Part shown: piece after piece, positions 17,184-26,284 of the stretch
Layout: every line of letters begins with the position of its first letter
Position numbering within the stretch: position 1 is the first letter of the stretch
DNA from: Patescibacteria group bacterium
GTDB lineage: Bacteria > Patescibacteriota > Minisyncoccia > Phycocordibacterales > JBBTRF01
Assembly: GCA_038065315.1 (NCBI GenBank)
Contig: JBBTRF010000001.1
Location: forward strand, 592,458-656,457
Length of the DNA: 64,000 bases
Direction of reading: 5' to 3'
Program-made: the position numbers and the translations under genes
Notes under the pieces: generated by a model
Databases searched by the model: none
What the model was told of the DNA's origin: nothing
Seen by the model: the letters and a program-made list of their open reading frames with translations, nothing else

Positions 17184-17727
17184 TCTTCTCCCACTCGCTT
17201 CACAAAAATCGGTCTCCAACGAATATCGCTTCCGCGTCGCTTCGGCCTGTATTATTGCATTGGCGGTATTGGTGTTTTTGGCGGGAGTGTCGCTGATCCC
17301 GGCCTATGTTTCCTCGATCAACCAGGCGAAGTTGTTTCAGGCACAATATGATTCGGTGCATGAGGTGGCGGGGCAGAAGGTGGATGATTCCATGGCCAAG
17401 CTGCTTGGTGCGACGAAGGCCAAGCTCGATCTCTCCCAACCATATCTCGAGACTTCGGCGGCGAGCGAGATGGTGTCGCGGGTGGTGGAGCATCAGACTG
17501 CCGGGATCGCCCTCACCGCCTTCCGCTTCGGGGCCGACGAGGTCGCGGAAGGGGTTCGGGCGAGGAAGATCACGATTGCCGGTCGCGCAGCAGACCGGCT
17601 CTCCCTCCTCCATTTCTATCAAAGCCTCCAGGCCGAGAAGAAATTCAAATTGGTCGTGTTGCCGGTACCGGATTTCCAGAAACCGACCAACATCGACTTT
17701 AGCATCTCGTTTATTTCATTGATGTAA
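17176..17727 (+). CDS. PilN-like protein
   Basis: NLLP N-terminal motif plus TM helix, downstream of pilM. Confidence 0.75.
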   Translation: MFNLLPLASQKSVSNEYRFRVASACIIALAVLVFLAGVSLIPAYVSSINQAKLFQAQYDSVHEVAGQKVDDSMAKLLGATKAKLDLSQPYLETSAASEMVSRVVEHQTAGIALTAFRFGADEVAEGVRARKITIAGRAADRLSLLHFYQSLQAEKKFKLVVLPVPDFQKPTNIDFSISFISLM

Positions 17728-17731
17728 TCCC

Positions 17732-18286
17732 ATGCGAACCGCTACGCTAAAACTCGCTCTCACCATCTCCGCCGTTCTTTGTGTCGTGGCTGCCGCCGTA
17801 TTGTGGTACGGCTTGTATGAAGTAGGGCAGAAGACCGGGACGATCACGCAGCTCTCCGAACAGATCAAGCAAGAGCAGCACAAAGTCGATCATTTTCAAG
17901 CGTTGAAAAAATTGGCTTCAACCACGGTGGATGAGCGCCTGCGCTTGGACAAGGCATTTTTGAAGAGCACGGAGGTCGCTTCGTTTGCGAGCTATCTCGA
18001 AAAGCTTGCGTCTTCTGTTGGTGCGACGGCCAAGATCACTAGCTACACCACCAGCCAAAATGGCGATGCGGTGTTTGGTACGGAAAATCTCGTCGCCACT
18101 TTGAGCGTGGCGGGATCGTGGTCGGCGGTGACCAACTCGATCCGCCTCCTCGAGCGTCTGCCGTATGTTTCGGCGATCGACAGCGTCGCGTATACCAAGG
18201 GCGCTTCGGAAGATGCGGGCAAGGTGCTCAGCAATGCTCCGTGGACAGCCGTGGTGACATTGCGGGTGGTAAAATACAAGCAATAA
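17732..18286 (+). CDS. PilO-like protein
   Basis: TM, coiled coil, GSW....IRLLERLP; synteny. Confidence 0.7.
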   Translation: MRTATLKLALTISAVLCVVAAAVLWYGLYEVGQKTGTITQLSEQIKQEQHKVDHFQALKKLASTTVDERLRLDKAFLKSTEVASFASYLEKLASSVGATAKITSYTTSQNGDAVFGTENLVATLSVAGSWSAVTNSIRLLERLPYVSAIDSVAYTKGASEDAGKVLSNAPWTAVVTLRVVKYKQ

Positions 18287-18318
18287 AAGCGTCGCGCACG
18301 AGCGCGCCACAAACATAC

Positions 18319-18591
18319 ATGAAACACCCCTCACACAACCCATCGCGCGACTGGTACCTGGTGCTCGGCATCACGAGCCTTTTGGCCGTCTCGGTGTTTG
18401 CGTGGGCGTACTGGTTTCACTCGACAGTGAGCCAGCCGGACCCTATCGAAGGCAATGTCGGCACCGTGTCTACGAGTGATGTCCTGGACGGCAAAGTACT
18501 CGACAAGACCAATCGACAATTTCTCGAACGCGCGAGCGAATTCGACAGAGTCCGCTACAGCGCGCCCGTCTCGGTTGACCCAGCCGAGTAA
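18319..18591 (+). CDS. small single-TM protein of the pil cluster
   Basis: RDW plus TM, ends VDP; ATG at 18319. Confidence 0.65.
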   Translation: MKHPSHNPSRDWYLVLGITSLLAVSVFAWAYWFHSTVSQPDPIEGNVGTVSTSDVLDGKVLDKTNRQFLERASEFDRVRYSAPVSVDPAE

Positions 18592-18650
18592 ACGGGTAGT
18601 ATGGGGAAACGCAGTCGGGAAGAGCGGCGCTGGTGCCGCGCAAAAAGCAC

Positions 18651-18722
18651 GCTCCTGTAGTTTAATGGATAAAACTGCGGACTTCTAAGCCGCTGATGCA
18701 AGTTCGATTCTTGCCGGGAGCA
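18651..18722 (+). tRNA. tRNA-Arg(TCT)
   Basis: Acceptor GCTCCTG/CGGGAGC, anticodon loop CTTCTAA, T-arm GCAAG-TTCGATT-CTTGC. Confidence 0.93.
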
Positions 18723-18883
18723 CATAGAGAGCAAAATCGTGAAAATAGATGAAAAAAGACGTTTTTTCACGATTTTGGGTGATAAAACAGTGAATAGGAG
18801 GCACTTTATGGGTACTATTCACTAAAGATTGACTTTTATAGGTAAATAGACTATACTGTCACTATAAAGCATTATATACACCT

Positions 18884-19786
18884 ATGTCTATAACCAAACC
18901 AATCAAAGATCGCATTCAGGCTCTCAAGGCCGAATATGACGTCCTCCGCAAAGGTAAGGACTCGCTTTTGGCTATGATCGACGATGCCGAAGTGCCGGAA
19001 AGCGTCTACAACTCTAATGCCATCGAAAATTCGACACTCACGCTCAAGGAAACAGAGAAGATTCTTTTGGATATGGAAGTCGCTCGAGATGTTTCTTTGC
19101 GCGAAGTCTTTGAGGCAAAAAATCTTGCTCGAGTCATCGAATACATCCGTAACAAATCGAAAGAGACAGAAGTAAATCGCGAGCTTATTTTGCCTTTGCA
19201 TCAAATGCTGATCGGCGGCATTGACGACAAGATCGCTGGCCGCTTTCGTGGCTCGGGCGAATATGTCCGAGTCGGTACGCATATTGCTCCCGCTCCTGAA
19301 AAAGTTGAGAAGTTGATTGCCTCCAGTATCACTGAATACACGAGCGACATGTCTGCTTATTTTTTGGACAAGATCGCCAAGTTCCACTTGGATTTTGAAA
19401 CTACCCATCCGTTCTGCGATGGCAATGGCCGTATTGGTCGCGTGTTGATTTCTTACCAACTCCAACGTCTTGGCTTCCCGATCATTATCATTCGGGACCG
19501 TGAGAAAAAAGAATACTACAAATCCTTTGGTGACTACCGCGATGGTAAAAAGACCAAGACGCTTGAAAAGGTGATCTATCTTGGCCTGATGGAGTCGCTG
19601 CACAAGCGTATTACGTATCTCAAGGGAGACAAAATTATTCGACTCTCTGAATATACGAAAAGTCACGCTAAGTCTGCTTCAGCGATGACGAACGCCGCTC
19701 GTCGACAGAATATTCCGGCTTTCAGAGAGAAAGGTGTTTGGAAGATCGGCGAAAGTTTTGAGTACACGCCCAGAGACGAAAAATAA
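18884..19786 (+). CDS. Fic family protein
   Basis: HPFCDGNGRIGR active-site motif; SNAIEN inhibitory-helix-like motif. Confidence 0.93.
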   Translation: MSITKPIKDRIQALKAEYDVLRKGKDSLLAMIDDAEVPESVYNSNAIENSTLTLKETEKILLDMEVARDVSLREVFEAKNLARVIEYIRNKSKETEVNRELILPLHQMLIGGIDDKIAGRFRGSGEYVRVGTHIAPAPEKVEKLIASSITEYTSDMSAYFLDKIAKFHLDFETTHPFCDGNGRIGRVLISYQLQRLGFPIIIIRDREKKEYYKSFGDYRDGKKTKTLEKVIYLGLMESLHKRITYLKGDKIIRLSEYTKSHAKSASAMTNAARRQNIPAFREKGVWKIGESFEYTPRDEK

Positions 19787-19790
19787 ACTC

Positions 19791-20645
19791 ATGGAACACA
19801 AAAAAGTACAACCAAACGCGACCGCAAAGCCTACTGCCAAGATCGTACCAAAAACCGGCACGCCGGGCGCACCAACATCATGGGGCGGGGTGGCGGATTG
19901 GTATGACGGCCTGCTTGGCGAGGAGGACACGTATCAGAAAGAGGTGATTTTGCCGAACCTGCTCAGGCTCATGGCGCCGAAGGCAGGCATGCATGTTCTC
20001 GACCTGGCTTGTGGACAAGGATTCTTTTCACGCGCCCTTGCTGCGTCTGGCGCCAAGGTGACGGGTGTCGATATTTCTCCCGAGCTCATCGATATCGCTC
20101 GCTCAAAGAGTCCGGTCTCCAAATCGGGCGTGCCGAGCTTTGCAGTGTCGCCAGCGGATCATTTGCCGAGAGTGGATGGCGCGACGTTCGATGTCGTTCT
20201 CATTTCTTTGGCCATTCAAAATATCGAAAATTTGCAGGGGACATTTGACGAATGTGCCCGCGTGCTGAAGCCGGGCGGCAAGCTCTTCATCGTGATGAAT
20301 CATCCGGCGTTTCGTGTGCCGAAGCGTTCCGGTTGGGGTTGGGATGATGCGACAAAGTCGCAGTACCGACGCGTGGATGCGTATCTATCGGAGTCGAAGG
20401 AGGAGATCGTGATGAATCCGGGGAAGGAGGCGGCAGGTGTGGCGCCGGCGGCGAAGACTGTTTCGTTCCACCGACCGCTCCAACTCTATTTCAAGAAATT
20501 GCAGAAGGCGGGGTTTGCGGTGTCGCGTCTCGAGGAGTGGAATTCGCACAAGGAGAGCCAGCCTGGTCCGCGCGGGGCAGAGGAGAATCGTATCCGCAAG
20601 GAGATCCCGATGTTTTTGTGTTTGGAGGGGGTGAAGGTTGTATAG
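19791..20645 (+). CDS. class I SAM-dependent methyltransferase
   Basis: VLDLACGQG, GVDIS and RVLKPGG. Confidence 0.9.
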   Translation: MEHKKVQPNATAKPTAKIVPKTGTPGAPTSWGGVADWYDGLLGEEDTYQKEVILPNLLRLMAPKAGMHVLDLACGQGFFSRALAASGAKVTGVDISPELIDIARSKSPVSKSGVPSFAVSPADHLPRVDGATFDVVLISLAIQNIENLQGTFDECARVLKPGGKLFIVMNHPAFRVPKRSGWGWDDATKSQYRRVDAYLSESKEEIVMNPGKEAAGVAPAAKTVSFHRPLQLYFKKLQKAGFAVSRLEEWNSHKESQPGPRGAEENRIRKEIPMFLCLEGVKVV

Positions 20646-20717
20646 TAAGTTTAACTTTCTAAATCAAGACATCTCTTCAGTTTGTCTGACATGAGAACTG
20701 AACGTTTTGTCACGAAG

Positions 20718-21119
20718 CTATCTGTAAAAAATTTGTAGTAAAACCTGAGCAGACGATGTTACAAGTTCAGGGTGATCTTTTGTGTAGTAAATAAATTTCT
20801 TAAACCATCCATCTGCAGCCGCTAGATCACCATTGCGCATGTCCCGATAAGAGTACTGAAGGTATTCTTTCGCGCTACCCTGCAGAGATCTTATCGCTTC
20901 CTCAAATAACGGGTACTGGTTCTCCGCGACGTAATCTTTTACGCTAAATGTTCCAGCGTTCACAACGCTACCAAGCACTTTCAGGTTTGCCTTGAGGTCG
21001 ATCTCAACACTACCCGTATTCTGAAAATCTCCACCAATTGTAACAGTGCCTCCACTGCCAAATTTTGCCGTTGTTCCCTCAGTGTTGTTCACCCCTTTTG
21101 AAGATACAATAAATGTCAT
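20718..21119 (-). CDS. hypothetical protein directly downstream of tRNA-Val
   Basis: 133-aa ORF, lower GC, beta-rich N-half. Confidence 0.6.
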   Translation of the reverse strand: MTFIVSSKGVNNTEGTTAKFGSGGTVTIGGDFQNTGSVEIDLKANLKVLGSVVNAGTFSVKDYVAENQYPLFEEAIRSLQGSAKEYLQYSYRDMRNGDLAAADGWFKKFIYYTKDHPELVTSSAQVLLQIFYR

Positions 21120-21125
21120 GTATTG

Positions 21126-21198
21126 TGCGCCCTGAGGGACTCGAACCCCCGACCTTCGAAGTGTAAATTCGCCGCTCTACCAACTGAGCTAAGGGCGC
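21126..21198 (-). tRNA. tRNA-Val(TAC)
   Basis: Acceptor GCGCCCT/AGGGCGC, anticodon loop TTTACAC, GGTTCGAGTCC T-arm. Confidence 0.95.
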
Positions 21199-21304
21199 AT
21201 GTTTTTCCTTGCTACCTGGAACACAATAGCTTGTTTTTTGTTTTTTATCAAGCTTGATTTCACGTCCTTGTAGAAGTATACTCCACATACAATACGTTCT
21301 CAAT

Positions 21305-21973
21305 ATGAAGCTCACAGAGAAACAAAAAGCGACACAACTACGAAAAGCTGGAATGTCCATGAAGGACATCTCGCGCGAGCTTGCTGTCTCGAAAAGCAGT
21401 GTCAGTCTTTGGGTTCGAGACGTTGTTTTGTCGGACAAGCAGCAAAAAAGGTTGGCTAAGAAGGGTTTCAAAAGGGAAGCTATTGAAAAGCGACGTCAAT
21501 CGAGGCTTCAGAACGAACAGAACAAGCGGGAGGTGTTCATTGAAGGCGGCCGCGACGAAGTTGATTCTATTTCAAAAAAAGATTTAAAGATCATCGGCAC
21601 GATGCTTTATTGGGCAGAAGGGGCGAAGACCAATCGGGGGATGGTTCGATTCACCAACAGCAATCCTCTCATTATTAAGGTGATGATGGAATTTTTTCGA
21701 AAAGAGTGCGCCGTTCCTGAAGAAAAGTTCAGAGGACACATCCATACCCACTCGCATTTGAATGCAAAAAGAGCAGAAGAATACTGGTCCGATGTCACTG
21801 GCATCCCTTTGAAACAATTTTTCAAAACATATTCACGGCCGAGTATTGCGAGCAAAAACAAGAAAGATTCTCTACCTTATGGTACGCTGGAGGTCTGTAT
21901 TTGCGATACCAAGCTTTTCCTGAGGATTCAGGGACTGACAGAAAAGCTCGCAAGTCTAGTAATAGGGCTCTAA
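21305..21973 (+). CDS. HTH plus single LAGLIDADG-like domain protein
   Basis: LRKAGMS..DISREL.VSKSSVS.W (HTH); GTMLYWAEG..FTNSNP. Confidence 0.75.
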   Translation: MKLTEKQKATQLRKAGMSMKDISRELAVSKSSVSLWVRDVVLSDKQQKRLAKKGFKREAIEKRRQSRLQNEQNKREVFIEGGRDEVDSISKKDLKIIGTMLYWAEGAKTNRGMVRFTNSNPLIIKVMMEFFRKECAVPEEKFRGHIHTHSHLNAKRAEEYWSDVTGIPLKQFFKTYSRPSIASKNKKDSLPYGTLEVCICDTKLFLRIQGLTEKLASLVIGL

Positions 21974-21978
21974 ATATA

Positions 21979-22746
21979 ATGAAAATAGAAATCCTCCACG
22001 AAGACAAGCAGTACCTGGTCATCAACAAGCCGGCCGGCCTTGTCGTGCATGCGGATGGCCGCACCGAAGAGCCGACGTTGGTGGATTGGATCCTCAAAAA
22101 GTACCCAAAAATGAAGAAAGTGGGGGAACCGATTCAGCTCGCCGACGGCACAGAATTGCTCCGTCCAGGCATTGTGCATCGTCTCGATCGTGACACCACC
22201 GGCGTGCTCCTGCTCGCCAAAACTCAGGAGGCTTTCTTGCACGCGAAAGAGCAATTTCAGAATCGCACCACCAAGAAGATCTATCGCGCTTTCGTCTTCG
22301 GCTTGGTGAAGGAGGATGTTGGACAGATCGACCGTCCGATCGGCCGTTCTCGCAGTGACTTCCGTCGATGGACAGCACAGCGTGGCGTACGAGGGGAGAT
22401 GCGCGAGGCGTCCACCCGATATCGCGTACTCGGCCGAGCGCGCGGAGTAGCGGGTGTTGGTCCGGAAATTCCACTCGGAGATTTTACCTATATTGAAGTA
22501 CGCCCGCTCACTGGCCGTACACATCAGATCCGCGTGCACATGAAGGCGATCAATCATCCGCTTGTCGAAGACGGCCTCTACACCGAAAATTTGGTGAAGA
22601 AATTTCCGCATGCGCTCGGCTTTCAGCGCCTCGCGCTCCACGCCTGCCAGCTCGAATTTGCTGATATGAATGGCAAAAAGCTGTCGGTATCCGCGCCACT
22701 ACCGGAAGATTTTCGCCAGGCGGAGGCGATATTTGCCAAAAAATGA
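21979..22746 (+). CDS. RluA family pseudouridine synthase
   Basis: NKPAGLVVH, HRLDRDTTG and TGRTHQIRVH. Confidence 0.95.
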   Translation: MKIEILHEDKQYLVINKPAGLVVHADGRTEEPTLVDWILKKYPKMKKVGEPIQLADGTELLRPGIVHRLDRDTTGVLLLAKTQEAFLHAKEQFQNRTTKKIYRAFVFGLVKEDVGQIDRPIGRSRSDFRRWTAQRGVRGEMREASTRYRVLGRARGVAGVGPEIPLGDFTYIEVRPLTGRTHQIRVHMKAINHPLVEDGLYTENLVKKFPHALGFQRLALHACQLEFADMNGKKLSVSAPLPEDFRQAEAIFAKK

Positions 22747-22771
22747 GGCCTGTGTTAGATTAAGCCCTACT

Positions 22772-23215
22772 ATGGAAATCAAAGGAATTACCGTTTCACC
22801 GGTTGATATGGCTCAGCGAAAGACCTGGGACATGCGCGGTGGCGACACTGTAAAAGTGACTCAGAAGATCAAGGAAAAGGGCAAGGTCCGACTTCAGGTC
22901 TTTGAGGGCATCGTTCTCGCTCGAAAGCACGGCTCCGATTCAGGCGCGACTTTCACCGTACGAAAGACTGCCAGTGGTGTCGGCGTTGAGCGAGTGTTTC
23001 CTCTCTATTCTCCAAACATCGACAGTCTCGAAGTGACCAAACGAGCCAATGTCCGACGAGCCAAGCTCTATCACATCCGACACAAGGCGACCAAGGAGAT
23101 CAACAAGCAGATGCGAAAGGTTCGATCTTCAAACGACGAAGCACTCGCAGAGACCGCTTCAAAGAATGCGCCGAAGGCCGAAAAGGCCGCTCCAGTCGTG
23201 GAAGCAAAGGCGTAA
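22772..23215 (+). CDS. rplS: 50S ribosomal protein L19
   Basis: GDTVKV...RLQVFEG...TFTVRK...GVGVER.FP..SP...VRRAKLY. Confidence 0.97.
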   Translation: MEIKGITVSPVDMAQRKTWDMRGGDTVKVTQKIKEKGKVRLQVFEGIVLARKHGSDSGATFTVRKTASGVGVERVFPLYSPNIDSLEVTKRANVRRAKLYHIRHKATKEINKQMRKVRSSNDEALAETASKNAPKAEKAAPVVEAKA

Positions 23216-23305
23216 TTCGTCACAATTCCCGCGGCCCGCTCGACTGCTGGCTACGATGTGCACAGACACTCCCCGACAGGGGAGTTTTTGTTATATAATA
23301 CAAGG

Positions 23306-23725
23306 ATGGTAGATGCTCTCAATCTCGGGACACAGTTTTCTGTACCAACCCTGCCTTCGGAGCCGGGCGTTGGTCGCAAGGGCTGGAAAGTCGTGTTCGA
23401 GGTGGTTGTCGTATTGCTCCTGGCTTCAGCGCTGATCGGTTGGTTTGCGATGACGCGCAACCAGACGTCGACCTCGTCGCTTTTGCCGAACAAAGAGGAG
23501 TTGTTGAGAAAGATGGCGGAGCGTCCGGCGGTGTCGCTCACTAATACCGAGAAGCAGTCATTGATGAATGCAATGGCGAATCCTGGACCAATCGAAACAA
23601 CAAGTGTGAAAGTGGTGAATGGCAAGACCACCACTGTGAAGACTTCAGTTGCAGCGGAGCCAAGCGTGACCCTCACAGATGCGCAGCGCGCGGATTTGTT
23701 GCAGAAAATGACGGAGGGGAAGTAG
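23306..23725 (+). CDS. membrane-anchored protein with short internal helical repeats
   Basis: TM helix; repeats SLTNTEKQSLMNAM / TLTDAQRADLLQKM. Confidence 0.65.
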   Translation: MVDALNLGTQFSVPTLPSEPGVGRKGWKVVFEVVVVLLLASALIGWFAMTRNQTSTSSLLPNKEELLRKMAERPAVSLTNTEKQSLMNAMANPGPIETTSVKVVNGKTTTVKTSVAAEPSVTLTDAQRADLLQKMTEGK

Positions 23726-23768
23726 TTGATAAGCTGGAAGTTTTCGGGTATAGTGTCGGTTGTTGCAT

Positions 23769-23850
23769 GCGCGGGTGGTGTAATTGGTAAACATGTACGC
23801 TTGAGGTGCGTATGCCGTAAGGCGTGGAGGTTCAAGTCCTCTCCCGCGCA
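23769..23850 (+). tRNA. tRNA-Leu(GAG)
   Basis: Acceptor GCGCGGG/CCCGCGC, anticodon arm TACGC-TTGAGGT-GCGTA, long variable arm. Confidence 0.95.
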
Positions 23851-23852
23851 CA

Positions 23853-23892
23853 GTATACAAAAAGGCCCGCTTTTGCGGGCCTTTTTGTATAC
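23853..23892. terminator. bidirectional terminator after tRNA-Leu
   Basis: GTATACAAAAAGGCCCGC-TTTT-GCGGGCCTTTTTGTATAC. Confidence 0.8.
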
Positions 23893-23967
23893 CTGCGGAG
23901 CGGAAATTGTGAAGCAATTTTACGCGTGGCCAAGCCCGATGATGTATAATTGGCACTAATAACCACC

Positions 23968-24516
23968 ATGAAAAACAAGCTCTTCTTTCACGACTTTTTG
24001 ATCTTGGCTGTGAGTATCATCCTTGCGGTTCTCTTGGTGAAGACCGGAGTGCTCTCACAACTACTCATCTCCACGGGTCACGGCCAGTATCTTGGTAGTT
24101 TTGTCGCAGGACTATTTTTCACGTCAGTATTCACTACGGCACCAGCCATCGTCGCACTCGGACAAATTGCCGCGCTGAACACCATCATTCTCACCGCTTT
24201 TTTCGGCGCCATCGGCTCTACGATTGGCGATGTCATCATGTTCCGCTTCATTCGCGATCGTTTCTCGGAGCATTTGCTGGAAGTGGTGTCACACAACACT
24301 ACCACCAAGCGTGTCGGTGCCATCTTTCGTCGTCGCTCATTCCGCCTTTTCACTTTCTTTGTCGGGGGCATGATCATCGCTTCGCCCTTGCCGGATGAGC
24401 TTGGGATTGGCCTCTTGGGCATGTCGCATTTGAAGATGCGCCGGTTCGTGCCGATTTCGTTTGTCTGCAATTTCATCGGTATCGTCCTGATCGGCTTGGC
24501 TGCGCGGGCACTCTAG
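23968..24516 (+). CDS. multi-pass membrane protein (DedA/VTT-like)
   Basis: Hydrophobic; GA.GST.GD and SPLPDE motifs. Confidence 0.75.
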   Translation: MKNKLFFHDFLILAVSIILAVLLVKTGVLSQLLISTGHGQYLGSFVAGLFFTSVFTTAPAIVALGQIAALNTIILTAFFGAIGSTIGDVIMFRFIRDRFSEHLLEVVSHNTTTKRVGAIFRRRSFRLFTFFVGGMIIASPLPDELGIGLLGMSHLKMRRFVPISFVCNFIGIVLIGLAARAL

Positions 24517-24551
24517 AGAGTCGTAAAATCGAAATGGTATAATGAATCTCC

Positions 24552-25121
24552 ATGTTGTATACCCGAAAAGGCGATAAAGGCACGACCAAAACATACGGCT
24601 GCGACCAACGCATCTCGAAAGGCTCGGCTGTAGCCGAAGCGCTCGGCTCGCTCGATGAAGTGAATTCGTTTCTCGGTGTCGTGAAGGTACGGTCGTTCAC
24701 AGCGGGGGAGAAATTCCAATTGGAAAAGTGCAGCTTTGGCGAGATTGTGCATGGGATCCAGCAAACACTGTTCATGGTCCAGGCAGAAGTCGCCGGCTTC
24801 CCGATGCAGATGACCGGCGCGAAAGTAGTGGAGGCGGAAGCGTTGACCGATGCTGCAGAAAAACTCCTTCCGCCGATCAAGACATTTTTCATTTCCGGCG
24901 GGACAGAATTGGCTGCAAGTTTTGATGTGGCGCGCACTCTGGCCCGCCGCGCCGAGCGGCGGGTAGTGGCTGTCGCTGAAGATGTGGCGGAGGGGGGAGC
25001 GGTGAAAGTGTCTCCGGAAACCCTCGCGTACCTCAACCGTCTCTCCAGCCTCCTCTACGCTCTTGCTAGACTTTCTAATCACTTGTCTGGTATAAAGGAG
25101 GAGCCGCCGGCGTATAAGTAG
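24552..25121 (+). CDS. PduO-type cob(I)alamin adenosyltransferase family protein
   Basis: YTRKGDKGTT, G..DE.NS..G, RTLARRAER and YLNRLS. Confidence 0.92.
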   Translation: MLYTRKGDKGTTKTYGCDQRISKGSAVAEALGSLDEVNSFLGVVKVRSFTAGEKFQLEKCSFGEIVHGIQQTLFMVQAEVAGFPMQMTGAKVVEAEALTDAAEKLLPPIKTFFISGGTELAASFDVARTLARRAERRVVAVAEDVAEGGAVKVSPETLAYLNRLSSLLYALARLSNHLSGIKEEPPAYK

Positions 25122-25173
25122 CACCACAATACTTTCTATTTACATACGGGCACCCCTGATTTATACTAAGCAG

Positions 25174-25674
25174 ATGGAATCTGTTGTCTGTAGTTATTGT
25201 AAAAAACGATTCTCCAAAAAGAGATCTCAGATCAAGAGGTCACTAGTTTCATATTGCTCCGCTCAATGCCAGCATCAAGCGAGGAAGTCTGGCCGGCAAA
25301 TCTCATGCAGACTCTGCGGAAAAGCTGCATATAAAACAGTCAAATCGTTGAAAGTATCGAAATACAAAGAATACTTTTGCAGCCTAAAATGCAGTAATAT
25401 TGCCAAGGGCAAAAGATCCTTAGGTGAAAATCACCCGAATTGGATCACAGGAGAATATTCTTACAAGGCAAGGTTATCTCGAGAGACTGCCAGAAAACGA
25501 GCGTGCCTACTTTGTGATATAAAGAATCCTTCTGTTTTGGCGGTACACCACATTGATCAGAATAGAAAAAATAACGTGCTAGAAAACCTCGCCTGGCTTT
25601 GCCACAACTGCCATTTTCTCGTACACCATTATCCGGTCGAGAAAAAACGCCTCGCAGGAATTTTGAATAAGTAA
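25174..25674 (+). CDS. zinc-finger plus HNH endonuclease (copy 1)
   Basis: CxxC and YCS/FCS repeats; VHHIDQNRKNN..ENL.WLCHNCH. Confidence 0.88.
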   Translation: MESVVCSYCKKRFSKKRSQIKRSLVSYCSAQCQHQARKSGRQISCRLCGKAAYKTVKSLKVSKYKEYFCSLKCSNIAKGKRSLGENHPNWITGEYSYKARLSRETARKRACLLCDIKNPSVLAVHHIDQNRKNNVLENLAWLCHNCHFLVHHYPVEKKRLAGILNK

Positions 25675-25681
25675 GACCAAC

Positions 25682-26167
25682 ATGCCAATTACTAACTGTG
25701 CACAGTGTCGAGGCGAATTTTATGCAAAACCCTATCACTTACGGAAGGGGCAGGGCAGATTTTGTTCTATCAAGTGCAAAGGTCGAGCAAGTGAAATTTC
25801 GATCCAATTCGATTGCGCTGTTTGCAAGAAAAAGATCGAGCGACTACCAAGCCGAGTGTCGCGCTCGAAAAGCGGTAAATTCTTTTGTACAAAATCTTGC
25901 CAGACGATCTGGAGAAATCAGGAGTTCTCAGGTGTTCGGCACAAGGGTTGGAAAGACGGGTCTTCACGATACCGAGAGATATTGCTCAGGAGTAACAGGG
26001 TGCAGAAGTGTGCAGGTTGTCATGTAACGGACGTACGGATTTTGGCCGTACATCATGTTGACCAAAACAGAAAAAATAACGTGCTCGGTAATCTAAGGTG
26101 GCTTTGCCACAATTGCCATTATCTGGCACATCATGATAGTCTAGGTATGTCGTCAAGAAAACACTAG
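25682..26167 (+). CDS. zinc-finger plus HNH endonuclease (copy 2)
   Basis: Same architecture; VHHVDQNRKNN..GNL.WLCHNCH. Confidence 0.88.
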   Translation: MPITNCAQCRGEFYAKPYHLRKGQGRFCSIKCKGRASEISIQFDCAVCKKKIERLPSRVSRSKSGKFFCTKSCQTIWRNQEFSGVRHKGWKDGSSRYREILLRSNRVQKCAGCHVTDVRILAVHHVDQNRKNNVLGNLRWLCHNCHYLAHHDSLGMSSRKH

Positions 26168-26185
26168 AAAATATTGACGTGTTAT

Positions 26186-26260
26186 GGTCTCTATGGTGTA
26201 GTGGTAGCACGGACCCCTGTGGAGGGTTAAGCTCGGGTTCGAACCCCGATAGAGACCCCA
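26186..26260 (+). tRNA. tRNA-His(GTG)
   Basis: Encoded G-1, acceptor GTCTCTA/TAGAGAC, loop CTGTGGA, C discriminator, CCA encoded. Confidence 0.95.
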
Positions 26261-26284
26261 AGAAGTTTGTCAAAAGCGTTTGTC

